A DNA stretch of 62,798 nt, counting the filler, from Choristocarpus tenellus KU-1152 (Eukaryota; Protista; Phaeophyceae): NCBI GenBank assembly GCA_964200185.2. It is 8 parts of 8 records of this genome, joined end to end, with 100 filler letters (N's around TTAATTAATTAA, not from the genome) between each part and the next. Parts side by side here need not be neighbours in the genome. Positions count along the whole stretch, not along the records: positions 16,741 to 36,752 come from CAXNAD020000423.1; positions 36,853 to 41,541 come from CAXNAD020013455.1; 6 more parts are not named here. One strand, written 5' to 3'. The notes below the pieces were generated by a model. The model had not been told where the DNA came from and searched no databases. It saw only the letters and a program-made list of their open reading frames with translations. The position numbers and the translations under genes were made by a program. Shown one piece after another: positions 27,701 to 40,478 of the stretch (within the stretch, counting starts at the first letter, position 1; every line of letters begins with the position of its first letter).

Positions 27701-28406
27701 CACGTCCAAATCTGTAGCAGTGCCACCCATCACGAGTTCCTTTTCTTCATAAACCCTACAACGCTTTTACTGGAAAGGGCGTATCTGAAGCTCTCTCGTT
27801 ATCCACAAGATTTGGCATAAAGAGGGCAAATATGAATTTTTCACCAACCTCTGGGGGGCCTCAATCTTCTTCTCGACCTCTTTCAGTCGCTCCCACAGTT
27901 CATCTACCCAGTCAGGTGACGTGCTCGAGCTGTGTAATCGAAATAAATAAGAGGCAACGGGTGATCTCGCAAGTCAAGAAAGAACATCAGGGCATGGGGA
28001 GAGTCACATTTTCTAATATTGTAGGTACTTCTCGGGTCTTCCAAGATGATTCGGTGTCATGAGACGATCTTCTCCTCAATATCCAACACGCCCAACAAGA
28101 TAAAATTGAAGCAACGAGGGCTAGTGCCATTTGTAGCGTCGATAGCAGGATACTTCTAGGTTCCTGTTTGAAACTCCCACGTCAAGGCAAACCTTCCAAT
28201 CGTCCATCAGCAACCATACTTCGCGCAATAAACACCCTTCAACGATGGACACAGAACAAGGAAATGAGGGCGAACGGATAGCCCTCAACTCCCTAGCTCT
28301 CGTTACCACATTTTAGGGATGCGAAAATATTCATCCCTAACTTCCCATAAAACTTTGGATCTCACCTTCTGTGTCCACCTTTCCTCCCATTTCCATTCTC
28401 CTCCAT
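18737..28406 (-). CDS. Hypothetical coiled-coil protein (~415 aa, 11 exons)
   Basis: Exons 28366-28406, 27849-27929, 27019-27213, 26107-26244, 24967-25023, 24102-24162 (GC donor), 22645-22677, 21618-21716, 20107-20451, 19508-19591, 18737-18850. They join phase-compatibly without stops: MEENGNGRKGGHRSSSTSPDWVDELWERLKEVEKKIE..GILEEKLAAAERQRSSLASQIR..KENAKLVEENRALAEARTRINQLETELNLYRAM..EGAK*. No recognisable family. Confidence 0.75.
22212..22304. repeat. 47-bp tandem duplication (intronic)
   Basis: ATCTCTTAACATCAAACTCATGCCTTCAGTAC..CCAACATTTTGC, two copies. Confidence 0.9.
24400..24660 (+). mobile_element. Degenerate Ty1/copia RNase H remnant (intronic)
   Basis: Frameshifted motifs KKEMW, FRLAQS and QRTRHIK..FV.E resemble copia KE..W / AI.LA.NP..H.RTKHID.R.HF.RE. 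Confidence 0.4.
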
Positions 28407-28994
28407 GATGACAAATATTAGCTGCAGGTGTGGTGTCGAGGTTATCAAGGTGGGTATTAAGGTGGTGAAAGTCGTTGATGAACTCAATACAGAAGACTTC
28501 CTTCACGAGAAAGTCAGTACGATTGCAGTTAGACGTGTGACAACCATGTGAGCATTGGCCCCTTTCTCCTACCAAGAAGAGAAAAATTTTCAGTTATTCT
28601 ATTCCTGGTCCTCTTCTCTCTCTCTCCTTCTCTGACTCTACTACCTGCTCCTTCTCGAATTGCAAGAGAGCCAGCGCTAATCAAGTTGAGTTGGTGTTTC
28701 TATGACAATATATAAAACATCTCAATATTTTGAAACCAACAGAAAATGGGGGTAGGTTTTTTCTTAGGTGGTAGAGGGTATCTGTCTGACAGGAGGTAAT
28801 CGAGGGATAAGCGTCCCATAGCTATGGTGGCAAGGCTTGCCATTGCTAGCTGGTGTGAATTGTGTAAACGAATTTACTGAACTAGATGCAAAGCACTCAA
28901 TTCCAAACGAAAGGTTATTCCGCACAACAGCAATCGGTGAGTTGCCTGTTATTAGGTCTATTACCTTCCGTTGCCCTTTAATAGTTTTCTTACA

Positions 28995-31900
28995 ATGTCC
29001 TCGGTGAACCCCTTGTCGACATGAGTACCTGGCAACACCCAGCTCTCGTTTGAATGCGTCCTTGAGTAGTCGAGGGCGAAAATTGTGGAACGACAAGGCC
29101 AATACGCCTTGACAATGGAGCTACGCTGGACTATCTGCAAAATTGACAATTCGATTTTTCGCTAGGTATCGTCCGAGCTCTGGGAGCTCAAAGCTGATAT
29201 AGAGAGACTTGGCCGCCGCCTTGAAGGCCGAGATTCGGCATATTTTGACATCGGTGAGCAGTGCATCTAATGATAGATAACATGCTCTTCTTCCCTTCTC
29301 CAGAGTTTCCTTACCAAGAGCTGATTCCAGGCATGTTGAGGCTGCCTTGCATATTCTCAGTCACAAACGCCTTGACCCAGGTTCTCAAACAGATGTAGGC
29401 TGTGTCACAAGCTCTTTGGATCCGAAGTCGGCGTTGCACTATGTCCAAGCTAGGGATGCGGAGGATCTCCTTACTAGGGTGAAAGCTTGCGCTCGTGACG
29501 CTGCCCATGATAAGGACGATGCTAGACAGGTAGGAAAATATGAACCTCAAGAGTTGTCCCAAACACCACGTTGTTTTCGTATTCTGCTTTTGGGAGGGGA
29601 GGCACAATCTGTAGCGTTCTGATCCAGGTATCTCCATGATCCTCTTAAACTATGCTGCACACTTCTCCCAATGGCTAAAAGGCCCTCAAGCTGGAGCTGG
29701 AGAAGACTGCACGATTGCGAGAGTCTCTCCGGGAGGAGGCCAGATTCAAGGGGCAATGGGAGGAGCTCAAAGAGGTGTGGAGAGGGGCACTGTCTAGATG
29801 CTCAGGCTCTTCCTACTAGATGACACAGCAAATTTTAGACTACGGCAGAGTCAGAGACATGCACCCAACTTATGATTAAGGCTTATCTAGAAAGAGCCAT
29901 GAAGTTAGATTTGCGTAGACAGTCTTGTCACAGGGTGAGGAGTGGTGCCTAAACTCCTCCTGCAGTGCTCAAATGTTCAAAATTGTGGTATGACATTGCA
30001 CTTTAACGTTTATTTGTGTGATGCATTGCATCTTATTCTTAGTATGTTGTGCGAGTCTTTCTGAGTCCTCTTCTACCCTTCTCAATTTCCTCTTTTGGAA
30101 AAACTTAAATCTCTTCAAAATTGATTGAGTAAGAAATAGATATAAGACTACTGGTTGTAGATCTTCAAATTTGTGGATGACTCGCTATTTCTTTGGCAGA
30201 GGGGGGGGGGCATGCTGCTTTTATTTCTTAGTCTCCAATTTACCAATGACACAGGCTACCAATCTTCTCAAGCAGCGACTGGATTCATCAGAGAGGATAC
30301 GAAGACGTCAAAAGGTAAGCGATGCCACAGTTTTATATTCAAACAGTTTTTTATTCAAACCCCAGCAATCCCCCACCCCCCCCCTCCTCCTGCCAACATA
30401 GAGTGTCTTGCAACCTGGGCAGAGTTGGTAAGTTAATGCAGTAGTCAAGCACACTCTGTATACAGTACAGTAACCCTGATTGGGTATGAATATTCAGATT
30501 GGATATAGTCTCTATTATATTTAAGTGAGTGCCCACGTCCCAATTTGTATGGACCAAATTTCATTCAGTACCCACACCTAGTATGCATTTGTATGTGTGG
30601 GCTTGTGTGGCCTGGCATGAGAGATATGCTGTGGGCACATAATGAGGGTTGTGAGCGGTCTATCCATTGAGTGGTACTCCAGAGTAGATACAGAGGTTAA
30701 GCTATGAAGAAATTTTGGGACAAGAATTGCTTATGTAAGAAGTAGTTGACATCATTTTGTACAATAGAGCTACTGTAGTGTTGCACTTGATTGTAATGAC
30801 TCATTGCATGTGGAGAAATGCAAATCAATATTTGTGGTACATATTATGAGTCTCACGGTCTTGCTCTGACATGTGGTGTAGAGTGTGAGATGCACTGAAT
30901 CTGCACTTAAGCGAAAGGAGTTTAAGTTGTTGCAAACAACTTCATTGCTTCGAAGGATTGAACTCCTACTGTGATCTATGTTGACATAGTGTAAGGGGAT
31001 GTACAGCAAGGTGCACACTTATTATTATGCTATGGAAACAAGTGTTCTTTAATTTTAGGCCAAGAGCAAAGTTGTAAGCACTGACAAATCTGTTCAGGAA
31101 GGATAGATGCACAGAATGATGCTGTTGTTGGTGTCAAGATATTTTATCTGCTATTACTGTTTCTTTGTTGTTGGTATACTCATAGTGCTTGCAAGGAAAT
31201 CGTAACAGAGTCTGAAAGGTGCTTGTCCTTAGTTCACTCTGTAAGTGATGCTGTTGGCCCAAGTCGGGTAGCACTTTGGCCTCTGATTGGTAAAATATTG
31301 AGATATCAACTAGGGCAGTTAGTTGCATGACTTCCTGAGCAAAAAAAATCTCTAATTTTTTTGTTCTATACAGAGTCGAGTAAGTGGCCAGATATGCCAT
31401 GTTTTCAACCCTTGACCTCTGATTTTGTCAAATATTGAGACTTATGCAGTAGTATTAGTAGTATTAGAGGTATTAGCTGCATTGCGTGACTTCTTGTAGT
31501 ATCTCAAAAAGTTTAGTATTCGACAAACTAATCTTTTTTGTAGAATATAGCGTAAGGAGAGGCAGGCAACACACTGCACACTGCACACTGCGTAGTCTCC
31601 TGTATTTTGTAGAGTTGTTGCTTACCAACCCGTTTTTTTTAATCCAGAATGCAAGGCATCACAAAGACCCCCACCCCCTCTGCCGCTGTTATCTGTTGCT
31701 ATTGCCTCACAACATTGCCATTGAAATGTTCCTCTCCCTTTTTGCCATGCAGGAGCTAATTCAGGAATTGCAGGCTATGGAGGCAGATATCGTCTATGCA
31801 TCAAGCACAATGGCACAACCCCCCCACCCCTGCAATGCTTCAAGACCCAGCAACCTTGTGGGTACCCGAGGAAATTTGGAAGGGGGAAAGGGGTCCTTGC

Positions 31901-34360
31901 AAGAGAAGATGCTTAGGCCACCCGAACAACAGACAAGGGGGAACAGGGAGTGTGGAGTAGCATACACAGGTGATAATGTGGTTAGGTTTCCTTGGACTGC
32001 ATACACAATATAGCACATACCTCTCTGGTAGGTCTTTGGTTATATATGCAACGTATGTCTCGTGTCAGACTATTGGTTGTCTCATTTTTTTGCACTCCTC
32101 CTTCCATGCCACCTCTTTCTCCCCTCCTTTCCCTCCTTTGAGTATCTTGTTTACTTTTGATGGAATCAGCATGAACAAAATATGTCACAGAGTGAGACCC
32201 TACTGTCATAGAGCCATCCAGGATTAAATTCACCTAGGCAAGAACACTCTTTGCATACATACGGAAACTCGCCATATACTTGTGCCATGGTGCAAGTCTG
32301 GGCCAGAGCCTAAAATTATTTTACTCTGTGGCAGTTACACAGTCAGCTCTCCAGGATAACACATAGATTGGCATTTGGGTATTGTGAGTGACAATAGTTT
32401 CATCCCTAAAAGGAAACTGGTTTCAAAGTCTAGTATTGCATAACCAGCTCTATGCCCATGACTTCAACACTTGTGAGTCAATTTCTTCAACCCCTTGCTC
32501 AACCTGTCCCCCTCCCTGCGTTACCTTTGCATTCTGAAACCCTGGGGGGGGTGTGCTTCCACTCTAACATTTGCTGCATGGTATTCTTAGCAGGATCCCC
32601 TGGAGGTCACAGACTTCGACGTTTTACCATGAACCCTTCCTCCTCCAGTACCAGGGGGCATAGGTACAGGCAACAGCAATCACTTACAGAAAGAAGGGGG
32701 GGTATACTGTATCAAGCGGAGCGTGTGGGCAACATGACAAGGCGTGAGACTGATGTAACACCTCAGTCTGCCTGTAAGCATATCACCAGTAGTGACCAAG
32801 TAGATGCACTACCCTCTTCAAGGTGTCACCTCCAGAAAGGGAAACGCACACCACAGGGTGGAAAACAAAACCTCAAAGATAGGTCAGCAACTGACTGCCC
32901 CCCTCCTCCATCTCGTCAAAGTCTGGGAAAGGCTGGGGTTATGAAAGCAAGCCTTTCGCTGGGGGTTGGGGGTGGTAAGGTTGGATGGAGTGTGGGTAAT
33001 AATTGTTCTCATGGGGGGCCAGTGGCAGCGTTGACAGCATCTGATGTGGCTACTCGACGAAAAAGGACCCACAGCACTAGTTTTAGATTTAGTGCACCAA
33101 CGCTAAGCAGTGCTGGGAGGAATGCCCTCCATGGACGGAAGAGGACTCCTCTGACAACAACACCAGAGCAAGGTGGGATTATGAAGGAGTTCCTTTTGTG
33201 CCAAGGTGATGGAGTTATGGTAGCTCCCTATGCCTGATGGTTAAAATGGACTATCCACTCATCTACAGCACTAGTTTTCCATGAAGCACTCTACTTCTAA
33301 TTTTTGTTTTGTGTCCTTCCTGGAGTGGCATGAAGGAGGTGTGCGTGCCCTTATAATTTGGTCTGAATGCATGGTGTTGCATTACCCTACTTTCAAACAT
33401 AACAGAATAGCTATATTTTGAAAGAATAGAGAGGAAGAATGTTCGTAGCATTCCTCTTGCAATCTCTTTTTATCAAATTTTGGTAAATTCCATCTTCTCG
33501 CTTTGTTCTATAGCTGTACTAACAAGTCAAGGATACCAATCATTGTTTTCCTTTCACATTTTATAAGTACCTTGTCAGTGTTGTAGGCAACCGGTACCCC
33601 ACCAACGAGTATAATACTACTGCCTCATCAATATCACCCTTTTCCGCTAGTGCTTGTATAACCCATCAACTAAAATATCAGCTCCTGTGACATGCACAAG
33701 AAGTATGCCAAGAACAGTTGGAAGGAGTTTCTTTTGTTGTGAGATAGATGGGGAAACTCAGTGTCTCAAAGAAGTCGGCTTTTCCATTTCCCATTCACGT
33801 GCCTTTTCTCCCTCTTTATCTTTATCCCCACCCACCCCTTTTCAGCAGTTTCACAACAAGGACTGGCCCCTAGGTCAACCACTACAAGGACTAGATCCCA
33901 GGCTCAATCCATGAGCCCTGCCCACCGCCGCACTAGTGGAAACCCTGCTTTGTCGGGGAGGTCATGGCAGCAGGTGGTGCATGCCTGCAACGAGGCAGTG
34001 TCGCTCATCAGCCGAGGAGCATCAGAGGTGTGGGCACAGCCAGTTGGTGGCCATGGTAAGGACAAGAAGTCCCGTGGAAAGCAAGTGACACAATGGTGGT
34101 TGCCCCCACCTCCACCACTACCACTACCTGAATATAAAGACCAACCATTACCCCAGTACACCCAAACTGTGGGCAGCGACCGACTCAGTCGCCATCCCCC
34201 TTCAGCACCCTTAGTCACTTCTGACTCAGTCCAAAAGGTGTGTACAAATGCGACAGGGGCAGGGAGAAATGCTCTGGCCAGTACCAGGAGCAACTCTGGG
34301 AGGCAGGGGCACGGTCGATTAGTAGAAACCAACAAGAAGATAGGCATGTTGAAAGGATGA
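28995..34360 (+). CDS. Hypothetical protein with N-terminal coiled coil and long S/R/G/P-rich disordered C-terminus; 5' end uncertain
   Basis: Well-supported exons: ~29381-29529, 30255-30314, 31753-31969, 32594-33172, 33846-34360 (GT-AG, phase-compatible: ..ARDAEDLLTRVKACARDAAHDKDDARQ|ATNLLKQRLDSSERIRRRQK|ELIQELQAMEAD..). Probable exon 29166-29253 (VSSELWELKADIERLGRRLEG). Speculative ATG micro-exon 28995-29003. Confidence 0.62.
30580..31150 (+). mobile_element. Degenerate Ty1/copia RT-RNase H remnant (intronic)
   Basis: Broken motifs in copia order: IMRVVSG.SIEW, VV.S..TESAL..KEF.LL, PTVIYVD, IDAQNDAVVGVK. Confidence 0.35.
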
Positions 34361-35867
34361 TGGGTAAGCATCAGGGGGTGAGGGAGAAGGATGTTATTAT
34401 GTCAGTAGCATAGATCCTAACCAAATCTTGGGTGGAGGGCAAGACTATTGAACATTGGCATTTATCTACTATGTGATCTAATTGTATTGTAGTATATTGG
34501 TATTGTATTGTATTGGTATTGTATTAATTGCACACTAAACTTATCTTCTCAGACCTTTGGTCAGAGTGGCACAAGAATCAAACAGGAAGTATAAATATGT
34601 GAAAAATTGTTGGGGAATCAAATTCCAAAAATACACTCAAAACTGCAAGAGAAATTTCAATTCTTTGTACCAAGAGAGGGGTCAGCTTGGCCCAGGGGCA
34701 GTTGCGTAGCAGCAAGACAGGAAATTCAAGAGATCCTGTCAAGTCCATTTAATCGGCGGCAGACAAACACCAAGTCCAGTACCATGGGAGTTATCCATAC
34801 ATCTCTCCTCAATACAACAGAAATCCGTTCCTGAATGATCTTTCTTTCAGCAGTTCCTCGCACAAAGGTTAATGGATAATACCAAGAGGGTAAATATAAT
34901 ACTGTCGGGACTGTTGATCTTACACAACAGTTTGTGAGTTCTCACAGGGCTTGATTAATTCGGCAGAATGGTCTGGTTGGTTTGATTAACTATCTCACAT
35001 TGCTCAATACATGAAATGAACCACAAACATTTATGGGTCTTGTCATGGAGAAGGAGCAACACACAACATGCTCAAACTCAGTGTTAGAAAGGAAACAGAA
35101 ATGGAGGGAAAAAAATGTTTATGTCTGACAAAAGGCAAAGAAACAGAATGAACCACTCAGAAAAAAGGGGAAAAATAGATGCATATATATATGTGTGTGT
35201 GTGTGTGTAACATAACAGGATCAATAAGACAACATTTTTTGTGCCCAAGGTCGATGAAAGTAGAGTGGCATTTCCTAGAATTCGATTTTTTCTAACTGTT
35301 GAGTTCTGCGAGACGGAGCAGAATTGGGGTTTTCTTGTGGAAAGTGTAGCTTTGACTGGTGGAAATCTTGTTGAAATGAGGTCTAATCTCACGCCATGTT
35401 ATGTGCGTGCTCTGTTGACATTTTAAGGCCGATGTACAACACTACTACTCCAAATACTTTACTATACTTGCCCCACTCTGTTGTTGGGGTGACTGCTTTA
35501 TCAGAACATATGTGATGATTCTTTTTCATGCCAAATATTTAACAAAACATTTTTGGAATTTTGAGGTCTGATATGTTCCGCATTTACAACTTTTTTACAG
35601 GGGTTCTTAATTCGCTTTTGAACAGATCTTTCCATCCCTGAATGATATCTTTTTGGAAAGATTGGAGTTATGTTGATTTTAGAGCTTTTGAGTTTTTTTT
35701 GGAATAGGAACATAATGTTTTGTTAAATATTTGCCATCTACCAGGACTTCATCACAAAGAACCTGACAATTGTATGGTAAGCGATTTTCTGACCAACTTG
35801 AATAATGAATGATGTGCATCCGTCCACTTCCAGTCCGATCCACTTTCCTCATTTCAGCATCAAATCT

Positions 35868-36127
35868 GAGTGAAAGTATCTTAGAGGGTACAAGTTTTTC
35901 CCTGTTTGTTCATTTGGGGCTTGGCTTCCCATGGGTTTTTAATGACATTTTACCTACTCCGAAACAATTTTGGAGTAGGTAAAATGTATACGTTATGAAA
36001 AGTGGTGTCCGGAACAAGGATATTGACATCTCCCAACAAAAACGATAGCCAAAATCACATCAAAATTGCAACATTGGACTTTGGCCCCCAAATGGACGCG
36101 GCTCTACCTTCTAAGATACTTTGAGTC
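35868..36127. mobile_element. MITE family A (260 bp)
   Basis: TIRs GAGTGAAAGTATCTTAGAGGGTA ... TACCTTCTAAGATACTTTGAGTC. TSD ATCT/ATCT. Central 15-bp hairpin stem. Confidence 0.9.
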
Positions 36128-36752
36128 ATCTCTTCTGAGCCACCAGTCACCACAACAACAGCAAGTGCTGCATAGGAAGGCGTGGAATATAGTTGACCCA
36201 GCCTTTCCAATTGTGTCATTGTTAGACCTAGTAAGGCATTGTCGTTGTGTGTTTTTGGGTTATGGTGGGTGAATAATAGTAAAAATGACAAAAACAATGA
36301 CCAAGCTTTTTTGTAACCTTTCTAGAATCGACATTTCCAATATAATAGAGGAAAGAATGAGTTTGATGGACGAGATTTTTCAAGAACTGGAACAGGTCCT
36401 TCGTCTGTGAACTTGATTTTTTCGAGAAGATGATATTTGTGTTGATATTTATAGCATTGATTTTTTTTCAGAAATGTCAAAAACGATGTTTTGTTGACCA
36501 TTTGGCATCTAGAAGAAGAGTAGTCACATTTATTTTGACGCACCAGTCCACGCAACAACAGAATGAGGATAGGACACTAAAGTGGTACAATTAAAATAGG
36601 TTATCCCTCAGAGGCTCTGGAGCAATCTTGTTCTTTTTTCACTATACAGTAGGTGCCCCGATTTTGTTCACCCATGGGTATGCCCGAAAAAAGCGGCACA
36701 GAATTGATGTGGTACAATATCGTTCTTGAAGTAATTAATCGTGGTTAGCTGG

Positions 36753-36852
36753 NNNNNNNNNNNNNNNNNNNNNNNNNNNNNNNNNNNNNNNNNNNNTTAA
36801 TTAATTAANNNNNNNNNNNNNNNNNNNNNNNNNNNNNNNNNNNNNNNNNNNN
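36753..36852. other. Artificial contig linker
   Basis: N44-TTAATTAATTAA-N44. Confidence 0.98.
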
Positions 36853-36871
36853 CCCCCAGACACTTTGAGTC

Positions 36872-37125
36872 TTTGCTGCATGCATGGGGGATGAACTACT
36901 ATCTAAAAGGCCTTGTTGCGTTTCGGGAACTTGCAGATAGAAAACGGAAAACTGAAGTAAGGTGGAGAGGACGAGAAGAACTGGACGATGTGCCTTACAA
37001 GATGAAATTGAGAAGTTTGGGATCACGGACGGTTAAGGGATAGAGACCAAGGGAAGCAAACCAACGCAGGTGGTATGAGTATGTGGTTGACGGCACAAAG
37101 AGCTTCATGGACGAGTAGTGGCAAG
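36872..37125 (+). mobile_element. 3' end of a degenerate RTE-like non-LTR retrotransposon, abutting a family C MITE terminus (36853-36871)
   Basis: Frameshifted AACMGDELLSKR..EKNWTMCL.DEIEKFGITDG*..RWYEYVVDGTKSFMDE*W matches the RTE C-terminal pattern ARM.D.RLPKR..W..C...D...FG...W......W...V. Confidence 0.6.
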
Positions 37126-37325
37126 TTAGGGAGGCTATTTAGTAATAGTGTGATGATAACTAACGTTATTGCTATTTCTGTCTTTTCTTCTTACAGTTGC
37201 TGCTATTACTATTGTTGTACTCCAGAATATGAGTAGAAATGTTTTGTTCTATACTTGGAGTATATATGATGCATATTTCATCATTTCCATTGTTGCCCAG
37301 ACTACATGATTTGTCTGAGGGATCT

Positions 37326-37589
37326 GAGCCAAAGTATCTTAGAGAGTAGATCCGCGTCCATTTGGGGGTTAAAATCCAATGTTGCGATTTTAATGTAATT
37401 TTGGTTATCGTGTTTGTTAGGAAGTAGTGTCAATTATCCATGTTCCAGACACAACTTTTAATAACATACATACTTTACCTACTCCTAAACATTTTGAAGT
37501 AGGAAAATGTCGTAAAAAAACCCCATGGGAAGCCAAGCCCCAAATTGACAAACAGAGCAAGACTCGTACCCTCTAAGATACTTTCACTC
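37326..37589. mobile_element. MITE family A (264 bp)
   Basis: TIRs GAGCCAAAGTATCTTAGAGAGTA ... TACCCTCTAAGATACTTTCACTC. TSD ATCT/ATCT. Confidence 0.9.
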
Positions 37590-39149
37590 ATCTCAGACTC
37601 GCGAGAGAAAAGGCAATACATGCTGCTACTTGAGAAAAGTCAACAGGGAGCACGGAAGAAGACAAATTGAAGAGAACCAGTGAAAAAGAAGAAACATCTA
37701 CAAGGAACAAGAGAGAGCTAGAAGTAGAAAGAACCCTTGTATCTATGAGGGTAACGAAGAAAAATTTCAATGTGTAGTGCACTAACACCCCCCCGCATAA
37801 AACATGGCTCACACCAGGCCCATTCAATCCGAAAAGCACCACCCACTCATCACACATGATACAAACGAAGGACAAGAAGGAGGGACGCAAGAAGAACAAT
37901 CAAACCATATATATATATATATGGAGAAACCAGCATTTAGCACATAAGTGGTGGTTGTGGAGAGTGTGAACGTGCCCTTATCTGCTTTGGCATGGCTTAC
38001 ATGTACATCACCTATCACACAGCTACCTTCGAATACCACTTTGCCCTAAAGCTGGTGTCGTGAACCACACACTCATATCACCACCTGCAGGGGCCCAGTA
38101 ATAACACATTAGCACTCAGTAGCTGGGGTAGGACTTCAGTAACAATGTCATCAACAGTGCTAGGTTCAATGGCAAAAGGGAAAAGAACACAGCAAAATGT
38201 GTGTCACACTTAGTCCATCCAATCTGAATACCACTCGATACATATCACACTATCGCAAAGAGGAAAGCAATAACAATTGCCCAAAGAGAGGCCGCGACAA
38301 AAGCAGAATTTAGGAGGTAGTGGTGAGTATGAACATTCCTTTATCTACTTAGGCTACCTTAGTTGCTATCTTTTAGCATGACGCACATCAGCTACCACAG
38401 CTTCCCTCGCATGCCATAGTCCATGAAGAAGTGTCTTTGTTCCATCTACCACACAATCGTACCACCTGTCTGTGCTGTTTTGCTGGCCTTGTTGTCATCA
38501 CTATCCTGCAACCTTGATCCCCAACTCCTTGTGGTCGTCTTACAGGTACATTCATCAATGTTTCTCCTGTCCGCATTGCGTCCGTTTCCCATCTGCAACT
38601 TCCCCACACACCACCAACACATTGGGGAGTTACTCATTCCCCATGCGTGCAACTGACCCTGCAATAAGGAGGCCGTGTTTTCAGACAGTTACCTTGATGC
38701 TGTCACACACAATCTCCACAAGGGCATCTTCTTTGTAGAACAGTGAGTGATCAGTGCATTCATTCCTGTTTGGAATTCTGATGTAGGGTAGGAGGAGTTT
38801 TGGATGATGAAAAGTAAAGCTTAATATAAGTGGACCTGGCGAAGTGTCCATATCACCCAACCATATTAGAGCACTTCCAGAACTTGGATCTTGAGCACGA
38901 AACTTTCATTTTTAGCTGAAGTGATAGATACACCAGAGGTGGTACTGTCATGATGCTGTTGACTGTACTTGCGAAAACAACCCAAGGCCTTCAACCCATT
39001 GGCTGATGCGCCAGCAGTTTTACCAATAACTTCATCACTATAGTGCTTCCAACGTGAACAAATTTGTCAATCTGCTTGCAGCTATGGCTCAAACCTTGGA
39101 TCTGCATGATGTCTGTGGGCTTGTTCGGAGTTTGAAGGAGTGTGGTGTC

Positions 39150-39320
39150 TGGCTTTAACACAGACACAGTCTGCCTAAATGTCCCAGTTGCCATCTTCAC
39201 AACCACGGTCTGTCATCATCCTGGAAAGATTTCCTTTAATGGAACTTTGACACAATGCCTGCATCGTGAGCACAGAGGTCCCCTCAGGTGCATTCAAATG
39301 GCTCCCACTTTCTGTAGTTG
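39150..39320 (-). mobile_element. Degenerate LTR-retrotransposon integrase C-terminus (BEL/Pao-like, DUF5641-type)
   Basis: RKW..GDL..KEIFPG**QTVVVKMATGTFRQTVSVLKP resembles R.KW..GD.V..I.++.PG.DG.VR.V.V.T..G...R....L. Confidence 0.42.
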
Positions 39321-40478
39321 CTCCTCTCTGATCCGATTGTTCTTAGAAGTTATAATAATAACAAAAATGTTGTGACAAAGAATAAAAAAGAGAAGCAAAG
39401 CGATAATAGTAGAAATAATATGTGAGAAAGAAGAAACAATACAAAATGGGGGAAGTATTTGGTCTACAGTCTCGCTCATCACAAAAAAAGATTTTGTCGC
39501 TTGTCCAAGAAAAAGGTCAACATTTAATTTCTCCCGATGGTCTGTTGTCTTACACGACACTTTAATCCTTCTCCCCTTTAAGGAACCTTTGTGTCCACCC
39601 AGAATAACCCTTGCTTGAAGCCATTTAATCTACACCTCTCCCTTGTCCAGGAAACGCTCTGGTCTATTTGCTCTATATAACGCGCATTCAATCCACAGAA
39701 AACACTCATTACCTACAACAACAGTACAACACAAAAATGTTAAGTTGTTTAATGTTACATTACGTTGTTTTTGGTGCTTAGAAATTATAACACTAATGCG
39801 CGCTTATTTTTACGCGCGAATTAGAGGGAGAGGGATGGTCAACAACCCCACAAAAATCACATCAGACCCTGCAGCTTCCATCTGCCAAGTCCCGACCGGC
39901 CACAAGGTCTGCACTACTCAAACTTTCGTGGCACCCCTGTGTGATAGCACGCCCCTACCAATGTTGCTTTTGCGTTTACTTTCGGCTCTGAATAGCACAT
40001 GCACTCCATTATAGTTCTGGCTGTAGAATCTGTAGAATCTTCATCAGTACGACACTCCCAGATGTCGTGTAAGCCCTAGTGGATTCGTTTGATGTTGTTT
40101 GATGCCATAATTTCAATTTTCCATGACTCGAAGTTTCATTAGTGTTCAGCTTTGGGATGCTTTTGTCTAGGTTAACATCCAGGCATTGGTGTTCATGGAC
40201 CATAGCAAATTGAATGTGACATCACTCCTTGATCTTGACGCCCTGCAATACACTGTATAACACCTAACCTCTTGTTGAGAACCCTTCCTTGGCAAGTACA
40301 ATCGATGTTGATGGCTCAAGTGTTGTGTTCTGTCCCGAGGGACATCATCTTTGTTCTTGAGGCCACGGTTCGTCATCGAACGGTGCACGTCGGCGTATTT
40401 TCTAGAGTTGATATCATCAATTCACGCTCTGAAAATACTTTTTTTGCTCCTCTCTGTGAAATCCCTTTTGCCAAGCAG

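Noticed and set aside
27360-28900. Apparent transposase motifs on the minus strand (SPDLN Tc1-like; CxC/KDZ-like FPCSV..MVADG)
   Set aside because: The matches need several frame switches, and the region holds two clean in-frame exons (28366-28406, 27849-27929) of the coiled-coil gene. A translated HMM search would be needed to revive the idea.
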